Shown here piece by piece: positions 1-13,398 of a DNA stretch of 64,000 nucleotides (position 1 is its first letter; each line of letters opens with the position of its first letter). The stretch is from the human T2T-CHM13v2.0 reference genome, Homo sapiens. A program made the translations under genes and the position numbers. The stretch lies in NCBI RefSeq assembly GCF_009914755.1, contig NC_060939.1; one strand, 5' to 3'. The notes under the pieces were generated by a model. That model searched no databases, was not told the origin of the DNA, and saw only the letters and a program-made list of their open reading frames with translations.

Positions 1-146
1 GCTGTCATGTTGGAGTTAGTTACACAGGATTTTTGAAACTTTGTATATTTGCTTTGTGTGTTCTTCACCCTAAGGCCGCTGCCCTCCCGACTCTGCTTAT
101 GCCGCTCAAAACGTTGCTCAAAGCTCGCTGGGAATGCTTTTGCGGG

Positions 147-314
147 CATTGGTTCTCAAACTTGGCCCCACATCTGGAGAGTTTTAAAAAATACTGGTGC
201 CTGTGTCCCACTCCCAGAGATCTGGATTCGGCTTGCCTGGGTTGCAGCCTGGACAATGGAATTTTTAAGACGCCGCAGGTGATTCTAATGTGCAGGCAAG
301 TTTGAAAACCTCTG
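147..314. mobile_element. MER5B (hAT-Charlie MITE)
   Basis: cattggttctcaaacttgg...caggtgattctaatgtgcag...gtttgaaaacctctg termini and body match the MER5 consensus. Confidence 0.8.
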
Positions 315-1142
315 CTTTGAGAGTTGCTCCCACCAGCCACTCTTCGGACGGCTCAAGATCAGTCCTGATCTAGAACTCATCTCAGGTCCTCATAGCTCTT
401 CCCTAATCCACCTCTCCACCTGAAGAACCTGTTGATTGGTGCTTTCCAACTTTAGACAGTAGATGGTGCCTTTACTGAAGATCCCTTTGTTTCTACCTCT
501 CTGTTTACAGTCAATACTGCCAGGGCACTTTCTGCCAAGGAGGTGGGAGTGTAGGCATTAGAACCGAGCAGTCCTTGTCAGGGTCAAGGTTATAATACAG
601 GGTTGTCCTATTCAGGGAAAACCAAGTGATAATTTGACTTGTCATATTCGGGAATGATTTCAGATTAAAAGGAGAAAAAATACTTTAGGGTTTGGTCAGC
701 TTTTGGAGACCCTCCGGAGACTCCCCCACGTAGATAATGGAGTTGCATAAATGTGGAGAATTTTCCTTCAAAAAGCCAAAGCTAACAACATCCTTAAGGT
801 TTTGTGGTTGATATTTGTGTTAACATAAGTCCATTTTTGTAGATTAAACTTATTCTGGAAGTATGATGAAGCCCTGCAGACAGAACACAGTGTATAACAT
901 GGCACATCTGAGATGACACCTGAGACACCTGTCACATGGTCTTAAAAATGATAGAGAAGTAGGACTAAGGAAAATGTAACCATGCTTATATTGGCTAAAT
1001 TAGGTCATATATTTTATCAAGAAAATGTGTTTTCACTGCCCTTTTTAGTAATGTGATAGTCTCCGGGGATCTTGGTTAATTTACTTTTGTACCCCAAATA
1101 TGATGTTTGCATTAAAATTTCCACCCTGATGTTGCTACCTGA

Positions 1143-1507
<365 letters not shown>

Positions 1508-1871
1508 TGTATTTTTATTAACAGTGGGATGACATCCTTCCAAGAATGCCTTGCTGAAGTGAAAGAACATTTACATTCATTTCTAGCTGCTAATGTAAGT
1601 CCAAAGAACATTCATTTTGAAAAATACAAAAATGACATAATTTTGCCCACTTGGTTTTCTCGCTTTTCCCCAACTTCCACGACCATGCTCTGCTGCTACT
1701 ACTGTATTCACTTGCTGGAGGTGTGCACCCTGTGGGAGCCGTCTTCATTGTCTTGGCTTTGGCTTGAAATGGAGGTTACATGCAGCGCATTGTCTTACAG
1801 GGTGTCCCCTGACCCGAATCATCACCCTTTGGGGAGCAAGACTATATGGAAAGTGTTTTCCTACTGTTTTT

Positions 1872-1889
1872 TGTGTGTGTGTGTGTGTG
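1872..1889. repeat. (TG)9 microsatellite
   Basis: Direct reading. Confidence 0.9.
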
Positions 1890-2862
1890 AGTGAGTGAGA
1901 CCATGCCAACAAAATGAAGCCATATTATTAAATGGTTTGTTAACTTCCAAATCTTGTCTCAATTGGGAAAAGAAAAATGCTTATTCGAGGATGCTGTTGA
2001 ATTCATGGTGTCTGAAAAGTCACCCCTGAACAGCAATAGTTACACTGTGAATATAATAATACACTCTACCCCCCCAAAAAGAAAAGTTTATGTAAATGTG
2101 GGCCTAAGCACATTTATTGCAATTTCTCACTTTGGAGTAGCAGCTCTAATATCCTAAAGTGATTAGAAGAAAGTAAGTGAAGAAAAATATGAAGAAAGGG
2201 TTAGTGAGATACTTTTTCATTTAGGGAAAGGGGATACAGCAACTAGAAAAGGCCTTTGGTTTGTGTTAAGAATTTATTGCCCTGGTGGCTTCCTTTTTTT
2301 CTTTGTTTAATTTGCTTGTGCTGATGGGTGAGGGAGAGTTAAAGAAATTTAATGGCCTCCTAACTCTCTTTCCCCGTGAAACCCATTTATCTAAGAGATG
2401 CCATTGGCCTTTTAAAAATATCCAACTGATTTTATGCTTTTCCTTTCTTTTCATCTTCTGATCTCGGCACTAAAGGGCGGTGGCATGGCTGAGAGGTTGG
2501 CATCAGAGCAGGAAAACAAAGTTCAAGGGGAAACCAAAAATTGGGTAATTTTCTCTGAATGACCAAGTGCTTACTTTTTTCAGGCATGTGACATTGCTGT
2601 TATCAAGAAACCAGTTATGACATGAAAATCCTGAAAATGGAAAAGGAAAAAAGAAAAAAAAAGGGAATGGGGTGGGGGATGGAAATAGCACCAGGGTTGA
2701 CTGACCTTTACCGAGGAGGGAAGGCGTACTGTTTTCAGCCTGGTGTCCCCCGTGTCCCGATTGCAGCCCCCTGTACTTCTCTCTTCATGCACCCTCCTGC
2801 ATCCCTCAAGCCAATATCCTTGGGGGAGATAGTGCTTCATCTTAAATTCACACTAAGGTGTC

Positions 2863-3157
2863 TTTTTGTTTTTGTTATTTGAGACTCCGCTCTGTCACCC
2901 AGGCTGGAGTGCAGTGATGTGATCTCAGCTCACTGCAACCTCCGCCTCCCGGGTTAAAGCAATCCTCCCTGCCTCAGCCTCCTGAGTAGCTGGAATTACA
3001 GGCATGCGCCACCATACCCCGCTTATTTTTGTATTTTTAGTAGAGATGGGGTTTCACCATGTTGGCCAGGCTGGTCTCGAACTCCTGACCTCAGGTGATC
3101 CACCTGCCTCGGCCTCCCAAAGTGCTCCGATTACAGGCATGAGCCACTGTGCCCAGC
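2863..3157 (-). mobile_element. Alu (Sx/Sz-like)
   Basis: Full dimeric Alu in antisense. Confidence 0.95.
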
Positions 3158-3919
3158 TGTTAGTAGCCCCTGTTACTAGCAAAAGCTATGTATTACCCAG
3201 AGTTGTTGGTAAACAGGATAAGGTTCCTGCCTTAAGGGGCCTGAGTCAGGTGGGGATGTAAACCCTGGGTTGCAATAAGTTAGGAACTTTTCTAATCAAG
3301 AGGAACACAGTGGCCCGTGGGGTACTGTGGGGCACCTGGCTAGCCTCGCCTGGGTAGATGCCTCCTCAATTCATTGGCACAGGAGGCATAAGACATGCTT
3401 TAGTTGGGTTTACATTAAAGCTTATTCTATTAGGCCCGTACCCCAAATGACCGATTTTGGAAATGTCCGACTCCAGGAGCGAGAAGGGTGCAGGTATCCA
3501 TCATGCAAAGGGGAGGTGGGAGGTGGAGGAAGAGAACAGATTCTGGCAGGTGTGTTTTGCTTCTGGAGTCTACTGAACAGGGGTACTTCCTGGGGGTGGG
3601 AAGCTCATGGAGAATGTGGCTGGATCCATTTTTGGCACATTAGTAACTGGTAAAGTAAGCTTAGTAGCGGCTACCTCCGCAACAGAGCTGAAAGGAGAAT
3701 GCAAAGTGCAGTGTGAAAGCCGCAGCTGCAGCACTTTTTGGAGCAAGTGGTTGGGTTTGTATCTATGGCTCCTGCCAATGGGCAGACATTGGTTCCTCAT
3801 CATACCATGGTTGCTGTAGCTCAGGCTTCCTTGGGCAGGCTGAAAACTGGACTTCACACTGTTTTTCCCTTGGGTAGGTGGTTTCCAAATAGCTGACCCA
3901 TAGGGCTAATAACCTCATG

Positions 3920-4480
<561 letters not shown>

Positions 4481-4551
4481 TCCTCTTAAGCTGAGCTGAT
4501 TAAGAAATTGTGTTCTCAGTGCCTTGTTTATTTTTTAACATCACAGTCTCC

Positions 4552-4657
4552 TTAGGTCTGAACTGATTTACTATTTTCCTCTACCTCGTGTAAATAGGAA
4601 TTTTACTATTTTCCTCTACGTCAGGTAGAGGAAAATAGTAAATCAGTTCAGACCTAA
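4552..4657. repeat. 35-bp perfect inverted repeat with internal 18-bp direct copy
   Basis: 4552-4586 is the exact reverse complement of 4623-4657. Confidence 0.95.
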
Positions 4658-6105
4658 AGAGAAAGTATTCCGCTAAAGGCCACTGCGACCTTGTGATCCC
4701 AAGGGAAATTTATGGACTGCTGCTTTTCTAGGTGTCTTAAAGAAGAGGGTAGATTAGGCTGTGCAGAAAGTCTCTGAACGGGTCCCACATCCTAGGTTAG
4801 AGAGACGTGATTTCCACCCTTCTTCAAGTTCTGCAAACCTCTGAGTTTCTGTAGATAATTGGTTGTTGGGTAAGAGATTAAAAACAAAATTCAGCGTTGG
4901 GCATTCTAGAATAAAACGAAGCTGTGCACATCCAATTCCTGTTTATGTGGTACTCGCGACAAAAACAAAACTTTGCTGCATAGTAATTACCTCAAGCTCT
5001 TAAAATTACAGGTAGTAAGGGCTTAGAGGCCATATGGAGTTATAATTAGAGATGAGTTTAAAAAAGGGCTAGTGAATGAATGTTCATTACTACAATGAGC
5101 ACTAGCTGAATATTTCAACCCGAGAAGGATCAGCTCCAAGGAACATTTCCAGGGAGTTAGCAGAGGGTCGTCATGGAGTTAGAGTGTTTGGGATTAGTGC
5201 ACAGAGCATTTGTTATGAACGTGCAATATTTCTGCCAGCCTGGCCAGAAGCCTCTTTGTTTACAGGGCAGGGTTTCTTCCCTGCTGCCCAATCACAGGGA
5301 TTTCTGCTTTGCTTTGGTAGAGTACGTAATCGTTCAGGTGATTGCTTTGTAGTGTGTTAGGTCTATAAAGCTCCTCGATTGTTAATAATCTTTTCCTGTT
5401 ACTTATCTCTTTGCTGGAAGATTGAGGTAAGATGACCTCTAGTTTTGGCCTCAAGAATTCTCTTGTTTTTGACCTTTTCCCTTAGTTTTCTATCTTTGTG
5501 TTTCATTGCATTCAAAACAGGCCCTCTGTTTTCCCTTGCAAATTTATAGTCCACATAGGGAAGAGGAACGACTGTGACCAGGACTATCCAGGAATCCTGT
5601 GATGGGAGTGTTGTTAGTCCCATTTTCCAAGTGAGGACCCCTTCCTCTCTAAGGCTGGGAGTTTGGGTATTCCAACTAGGACTGTTAAACTTTCAACAAT
5701 GGGGCTCTTTTGACTTGATTACAAAAGAAAAGGAAATGGCCCAGTTTTCAAAGTCATGAAGAGGTTCTAGTATATCTTATGAACTAATATATATCCTTGA
5801 ACTCTTTTGTAGCTGACAGTATTAAAAAAGGTTTGATTCCCCACCTTTTTTGCCTGTGTGGTTTTTATCTTCCTTTCTATAAACAATGACTTACTCAGAA
5901 TTATACAGCAGCAGCTGAAAAGTTGATTAGCCTCCGTCCTTGCCCTAATCAAGTATCAAAAACCTGGAATGTTCACTTAGAGTGGTGATTACTGTGAAAG
6001 CTTTAGGTGCTGGAGAGGACCTGATAAAGAATGGAGTGAGAGATAAGAGAGAGAGAGAAAATAGCTTGCAAAGGGATTGCAGGGTGGAGTTTAACAAACT
6101 TAAGA

Positions 6106-6421
6106 TTTCTTTCTTCCTTTTTTTTTTTTTGTTTTTTTGATACAGAGTTGCCCAGCCTTGTTGCCCAGGCTGGAGTGCAATGGCACAATCTCAGCTCACC
6201 ACAACCTCCGCCTCCTGCATTCAAGCCATTCTCCTGCCTCAGCCTACTGAGTAGCTGGGACTACAGGCACGTGCCACGACGCCCGGCTAATTTTTTGTAT
6301 TTTTAGTAGAGATGGGGTTTCACCATGTTAGCCAGGATGGTCTCTATCTCCTGACCTCGTGATCCGCCTGCCTCAGCCTCCCAAAGTGCTGGGATTACAG
6401 GCGTGAGCCACCACATCTGCC
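6106..6421 (-). mobile_element. AluS (mixed Sp/Sq and Sc/Y diagnostics) inserted in the tail of an older Alu
   Basis: Full Alu directly abutting the (TTTTC)n tail of the next Alu. Confidence 0.92.
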
Positions 6422-6768
<347 letters not shown>

Positions 6769-7109
6769 CAAACTTAAGATTTCTTTTACTTGTGAGTTTC
6801 AGGTTTGGGGCTTAAATGCATTTGGTCTGGTTGTGGCCAGACTAGCTCAGCCCTAACAGTCTGTGCTGCCTTGGGCCACCTATAAGCTTTGGGGAGTGGG
6901 GTGGGTGGGTTGGGAGGAGAAGGTAGGGTGAAGGGAGAGGGGAAATAGTGGGTAGGAGATAAGACCCACCAGTTAGCTGATTCTCCAGGCCTGGCTTGCT
7001 CATGGCATGACTGCTTCTCCCTGCAGGCCTGAGTCCAACTTTCTGGGTGTGAGGCAGCTGGATGGGGTACAAAAGAGGGAGAGAGTTGCCAGACACTTTC
7101 CAGGAGACC

Positions 7110-7335
7110 TGCCCAAGATCAGTAATTCTCATAATAGCAAATGCTCCCATAGCATTTGCCTCCAGCCCCATCCTAGAGCTTTTACTATAGCAATTCTGTG
7201 GGATAGGTGCTATCATAAACCCATTTTACAGGCGATAGAAACAAGGCCACGGGAAATTGGGTAACTTGTCAAAGTGCTGAAATCCAGGGTTGAAACCCTT
7301 GCTGTCCGGCTCTGAGCTATGCTAACAACTACCAC
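7110..7335 (-). mobile_element. MIR
   Basis: cccattttacagg..agaaacaaggc...gtaacttgtcaaag core. Confidence 0.65.
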
Positions 7336-8081
7336 CTCATTAGGCATAGAGGCCTGGATGCTGCACCTGCTCTTCATTCATTCCTTGAACTCACCCACGT
7401 ATTTCTTCAACAAATTATTGATAGCCTGTATATGCCTTTATCTTGGCAATGAGAACAACATAAGTGCTCTTTGTTTATGTGTCTGAATTCCCATAAACTT
7501 TCTTTTCTTTCTTTTTTAAAAAAATTGCCATAAACTTTCAAACAAACCTTTAAAGAGACGAGACCTCTTTACTGACCTTGTATACCTGGTGTCTGGTAGA
7601 AAATAGGTGCTCAATAAAGCTTTGTGGAAGAAGGAAGAAAGACAGTGTTTTGAAACTTGACATCCTTGTATTTCCTCTGTCTCTAGCAGCCACAGTGATA
7701 TCTAAACAGAAAAACAGACAAGCCTTAAGTAAAGTGAGAGTGTGTGGGGAGTGTTTTGCAAAAATAACAGGAGAGAATTTTTGATAAAAGCATGCTGTCT
7801 TGTATGCATTTCAAGTTCTCATGGTGAATCATTTTTTGCTTGTTTGCTTAAAGCATTTCTTATCTGAAGGGCATCCCGACACCCAGCTTGCAGACTACTG
7901 AGTGAATCAGGGAGGCCCTTCAGACTTCCATGCATTGTTCGGGGCTGCTCTTGTCATCAGGGTCTGCAGAATATATTTTCTTTGCAGTTGAGGACCAAAT
8001 ACCTGGTAAGGTTCAAGTCCACCATCCATTTTCCTGTTTAACATTTAAATGCATGAGCTAGTAGAAAGTAGTTTCACCTTG

Positions 8082-8332
8082 GGCTGGGTGAAGTGGCTCA
8101 CGCCTATAATGCTAGCAGTTTTGGAGTCTGAGGCAGGCCGATCAGTTGGGATCAGGAGTTCAAGACCAGCCTAGCCAACATGGTGAAACCCTGTCCCTGC
8201 TAAAAATACAAAAAATTAGCTGGGCGTGGGGGTGCATGCCTGCATTCCCAGCTTGGCTTGAACCCAGGAGGCGGAGATTGCAGTGAGCTGAGATTGTGCC
8301 ACTGCACTCCAGCCTGGGTGACAGAGAAAAAT
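8082..8332 (+). mobile_element. AluS with internal deletion and short tail
   Basis: About 24 nt missing after cccagct. TSD aaagtagtttca at 8066 and 8333. Confidence 0.92.
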
Positions 8333-8539
8333 AAAGTAGTTTCATCTCCTGTATTTTCATTCCTTCTTCACACTGTGGGGCAAAGAAAGGTCTCATTCAC
8401 TTGGATTGGAAGCTCTATTTGACGATCACTAGGAGTGATGGCTCTTTGGTTCCTCTTCCATTTCAGGTTTGTTTCCTCCTCTGTAAAATAGATGTAATGC
8501 CTACCCCATACAGTCAAGCCATATCTCTTTGACATAGTA

Positions 8540-8759
8540 CAGTGGTTCTCAAACAGGGTCCCCCCAACCTCCCCACCCGGGGGTACATTTGACAATATCT
8601 GGGGGCATTCTTGGTAGTTATGACTGGGGTGGTGATGGCTCCTGGCATCTAATGGGCCAAGGCCAAGGATGCTGCTAAATATCCTTTGATTCAAAGGACA
8701 GTCCCCCACGGGAATTATCTGGCTTAAAATGTCAGTAGAGCCAAGGCTAAGAAACCCTG
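8540..8759 (+). mobile_element. MER20 (hAT-Charlie)
   Basis: cagtggttctcaa...gggtacatttgacaatatctgg...ggatgctgctaaatatcc...aagaaaccctg. Degenerate 8-bp TSD acatagta/acaaagtg. Confidence 0.9.
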
Positions 8760-9371
8760 ACAAAGTGGAACCTCAAACAACGGTAGCTCTTTTTAACATC
8801 TCTGATCCAAGGGAGCTATTGGCCAGGGACAAAGATCCCTCCTTTCTTAAGTAGGGTGGAAAGAATGGAATTTAACGTTTTATTGATGCCTCTGGGTTTC
8901 CCCACAGGTGCCCCTGAGGTGGGAACACCTCCTTTTCTCTCCATTAAACATGACTTAACTTCATTTGAAACTTGCTTGCATCGTTTACATATAAATAGCC
9001 ATGCTAAAACCAGTGAAACCACTTAGCCTGTGGGGTGGTTAAACCCATTCCCTGCAGAGGACATTGGTGGAGTGGGGCCTGTGCTGCTACAGGCTTGTGA
9101 GCCTCGCTTTTCTCCCCTGTTAAAGGGCAGGTAGGTAATTGTGTCACCCTCCCATCTCGTCATGTTGCTCTGACTCTGCACGTGTGAAACTAGCTCTACG
9201 TATGTGAATGTGCTGTGTGATTCCTAAGGTATGCCTTTTGAAGGCATTTTTCACGGGATCCGTTTCAATCAAGGACACTAAAATGGTTGGGGCTCAACAA
9301 AGAATATCTGTGTTACGGGCATAGTAGGAGGCCCCCCAAATAGTTCCTGCAGCAGGGTGTGTGATTCGGGA

Positions 9372-9640
9372 AGCAGTGTGGCCCAGTGGTTGACAGCATG
9401 AGGTCAGCCACTCACAGGCTGCTCTGTGTACAACCTTTGGCTTTTCCCGTGCTTGTTGTGTGACCCTGGGTTAGCTACTTCACCTCGTTGCACCTCAGTT
9501 TCCTCACCTGTAAAATGAGGATAACGACAGTGACGACGATAACACCCAGCTGAAGATGGGTGCGAGGCTTCAGCGACTGGTCCTTGTGAGGTGTGCGGTG
9601 AAGATGGGAGCTTAGCTCAATAAATGAGTTGCTGTTAGTA
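9372..9640 (+). mobile_element. MIR
   Basis: gcagtgtggcccagtggtt...cctcagtttcctcacctgtaaaatgagg...gctcaataaatg. Confidence 0.8.
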
Positions 9641-9741
9641 AAATACTATTTGTTGTTGGCTTGTAGCTTGTGTATTTTTACTCAGATGAAGAGCTTGCTC
9701 CTGATTTAGGAGCTGAAAAAGGATCTTTCTGGTTCTTGGTA

Positions 9742-10125
9742 TTTTTTTTGGTGGCAAAATACAGCATAAAATCTCCATTTTAACCAATTTAAAGTGTACA
9801 GTGCAGTGGCATTAAGTACACTCACAATGTTGTGCAACCATCACCACTATCTAATTCCAAAACTTTTTCATCCCCCTGAAAGGAAACCCTGGACCCGTAG
9901 AGCAGTCACTCCACGTTCCTCCCTTCCCCCAGCCACTCCCTCCCTGCGAGCCCGCTCATCTATTTTCTGTTTCTGTGGAACTGCCTAGTCTAGATATTTC
10001 ATATAAATGTATTTCATGCAATAGATGGCCTTTTGCATCTGGCTTCTTTCACTTAGCATAATGTTTTCAAGGTGCCATCTGTGTATTGTAACATGCACCA
10101 GCACTTCACCACTTTTTACCTGGTG
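9742..10125 (-). mobile_element. L1MB-type 3' end
   Basis: aagtgtacagt..agtggcattaagtaca..cacaatgttgtgcaaccatcaccac; ctggcttctttcacttagcataatgttttcaagg. Confidence 0.85.
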
Positions 10126-11530
10126 TCTTTTTTGCAGAGCACCCCAAGCCTCAGTGTCATCAGGCCTGTGGTTCTCTGAAGTCATGCCCTGTTTTCAAGT
10201 TTTAAACTGTCTTTCTTCATTGATTTTGATCCTTCTTGGCCAGCCTTATTTTTTCCACTTTTCCCATCCAGTACTTCTAATGACCCTTGAAATGAATGTG
10301 GAATGAAGCCCTCATGCCAGGTTCTTGGTGCTGGGGAATAGGTCTTATTAGGTATCTTACTTCGGTGAAAGAATTAGCAGCAGGAGCACACATAGGGGCC
10401 CTGAGTGGTGCTTCATTTCCCCATGACTCTGCGTGACAGGTTTTAAAAACAAGTGTCTGGAAAACACCACCAGGCCCCTTTTATTCATCAGTTTAAAAGC
10501 TTCCCACAATGAGAAGTGGCCCTCAATTAAGTCGTTTAATAAAAACCTCCCCCTGTTTTAAAGCATTCTTGGGAAGTGTTTACATTTGACGCCACTGCAG
10601 GCTTCTAAATGAGGAGCTGTGGAGTGAGTGATCCTTAACCTGTGACTTTAATAATATCCTTTGCTTTAGATTTCCAGGTGGAGGCCTGGGCCAGATTTGT
10701 AGCTTGTCATTGACCCAGACTGGGTTCAGAGATGGGGGCTGGGCAGGGGGTGGAGGACATTCTTGGCTATCCTGCCCCCCTCAGCTGCCACTAGTAGAAG
10801 ATTCAGAAAGGCTGAAAGCCACATAGATATGTAAAACCAGCTCCTTGGAGAGAGACTGGACTGGAAGGAGGTGAAGCATTTCCCTACCTGGGAAGGGCAG
10901 TTACCCTGCCCCACTTCTGACCTTATCTGCAGTGTCGGGGGGCTTCAGTGGGCAGAGATTAAAGCATTTAGGAGAGCAGTGCCAGGCTCCTGAGATTCTG
11001 GGGCCTTAGGGTCTGAGAGCTGGAGGAGGCTCTACTTTTTTCTCTGATTCTGGAGAGGTGAGTAGGCCCCGAGAAGAGGAAGCAGGCTGCTTTAGCTTCA
11101 GGGAAAACTCCGGAGTTGTCATTAGAGGAGTCCTGGGAAAAGCTAAAATAAAGAAAATTCTAGGGTGGTCTTTCCTTTGTGCTGGACGAAGACAGGAGGG
11201 TGAGGGGAGCCCGGAGCTGCTGACACGCACTGGTGATTTGTAGAGGTTGCCAAGGTGGGCAGTTAGCAGTCTGGATTCTGGGCCTGGACTGCCCGGATCT
11301 GAATCCTCCCTCCGGGGTTCTGTTCTATGAATTCTTGTGTGTCCAGTGCTCAGAGCAGTGTCTGCAGAGGTAGCTGTAGATATGTGTGCTCGCACGACTG
11401 TACTGACACTTCACTTTGGTGAGTTTCTGGTTAGAATCATAGAAATGCTTCTTGTTATCAGAGCTAATTTGCCTGCATACCTGGCAGCCTTGTGCAGTCC
11501 ATGGGACAGGGTGACGTTACTGGACTCTGA

Positions 11531-11690
11531 AGAAAACATGACTCGCAGATGGAGAAATTATGCTTGGCAAATCTATTAAAGTTCTCCGAGGGAGAGAATA
11601 AATGTGGGAAGAAGGACAAACCAGTGGATCTAGATTTTATTTAGACTTCCAAAAGATTGTTGGAAAGACTTCATGGCAAAGGCTATTAGA
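11531..11690 (+). mobile_element. CR1/L3 LINE reverse-transcriptase fossil
   Basis: Translates to HDSQMEKLCLANLLKFSEGENKCGKKDKPVDL / (frameshift) YLDFQKIVGKTSWQRLL, matching the CR1 RT block HGF..GKSCLTNLLEFFE.V...VD.G.PVD..YLDFQKAFDKVPH.RLL. Confidence 0.75.
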
Positions 11691-12085
11691 TGTGGGAGTC
11701 TCCCATGACTTTCTGAGTGGAGGTGAATGGAAGAAGGAGTCTGGCTGAAATTTGTCTTTTTCCATTGTCCTTTAGAGGAGGAATCTTCACATTTGCAGAT
11801 GAAATAAAATTCTAAAGGTAAAAATGAAGACTTCGGAGTCAAACTATAGAGAGGTGTTTTTTTTTTCTTTTTAAATTTAAATTTTGGGCACGAGGGGATG
11901 TCAACTACCCTTTAAAATAATTCGTGATCAGTGGCTGCACCTGGGCAGCTGGGCTTTGGAACTAGGAATGATGTGTGTGCTGCTTTCTAGCAAAGTTAAA
12001 AATCATGTGCCTGGGGCATCAGAGTGCTCAGGAAATAAATGAAGATTAGTGGAACCAAGGAGTTCATTAAAAATGATTCAAGTTC

Positions 12086-12148
12086 CACTCCAGCCTGGGC
12101 AAAAAGAACAAAACTCCATCTCAAAAAACAAAAAACAAACCAAAAAAA
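12086..12148 (+). mobile_element. Severely 5'-truncated Alu (3' end + A tail)
   Basis: ccactccagcctgggcaaaaagaacaaaactccatctc + A-rich tail. Confidence 0.85.
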
Positions 12149-12585
12149 CCTGTAGTTTCCAACTGTCTTTTAAGTGAATAGTACATTTGTAGAAAAAGTA
12201 GATTCTGCTATCAACAAATGTAAGAGTTCACTTAAATGCACAGATGTTGAATTTCATGCCTTTTGTGTTTTAACCCAGGATAGTAAATGAATGAATGAAA
12301 TGAGCAGACACTTTTTCAACACAGACCCTTCCCTCTCGCCCAATAGGATTTAGGAAGCTTGGAGTTACGCTTGACCAAAAAGACACCTGCAGGAGTTAGT
12401 TACCTTTGTGTTTTTCTTTTTACTCAGTTCCCTGTGGGCCTTGCCTGGTGCCTTATGTATAGGAGTGCTCTGTATGTGTTTGAACGATAAATGGACTCAG
12501 ATTTCCTTAACATAAGCGTAAATATTTTATCATCGTGTGTCATTATGTGCCAGGCAAACTTAGTTATATTTGCTCTTACAATGGT

Positions 12586-13398
<813 letters not shown>

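Noticed and set aside
456-470. CTCF-like acagtagatggtgcc
   Set aside because: Two mismatches at informative positions; cannot be supported without ChIP data.
1790-1900. TDP-43-type cryptic exon beside (TG)9
   Set aside because: Short pyrimidine tract and weak exonic donor context; too speculative.
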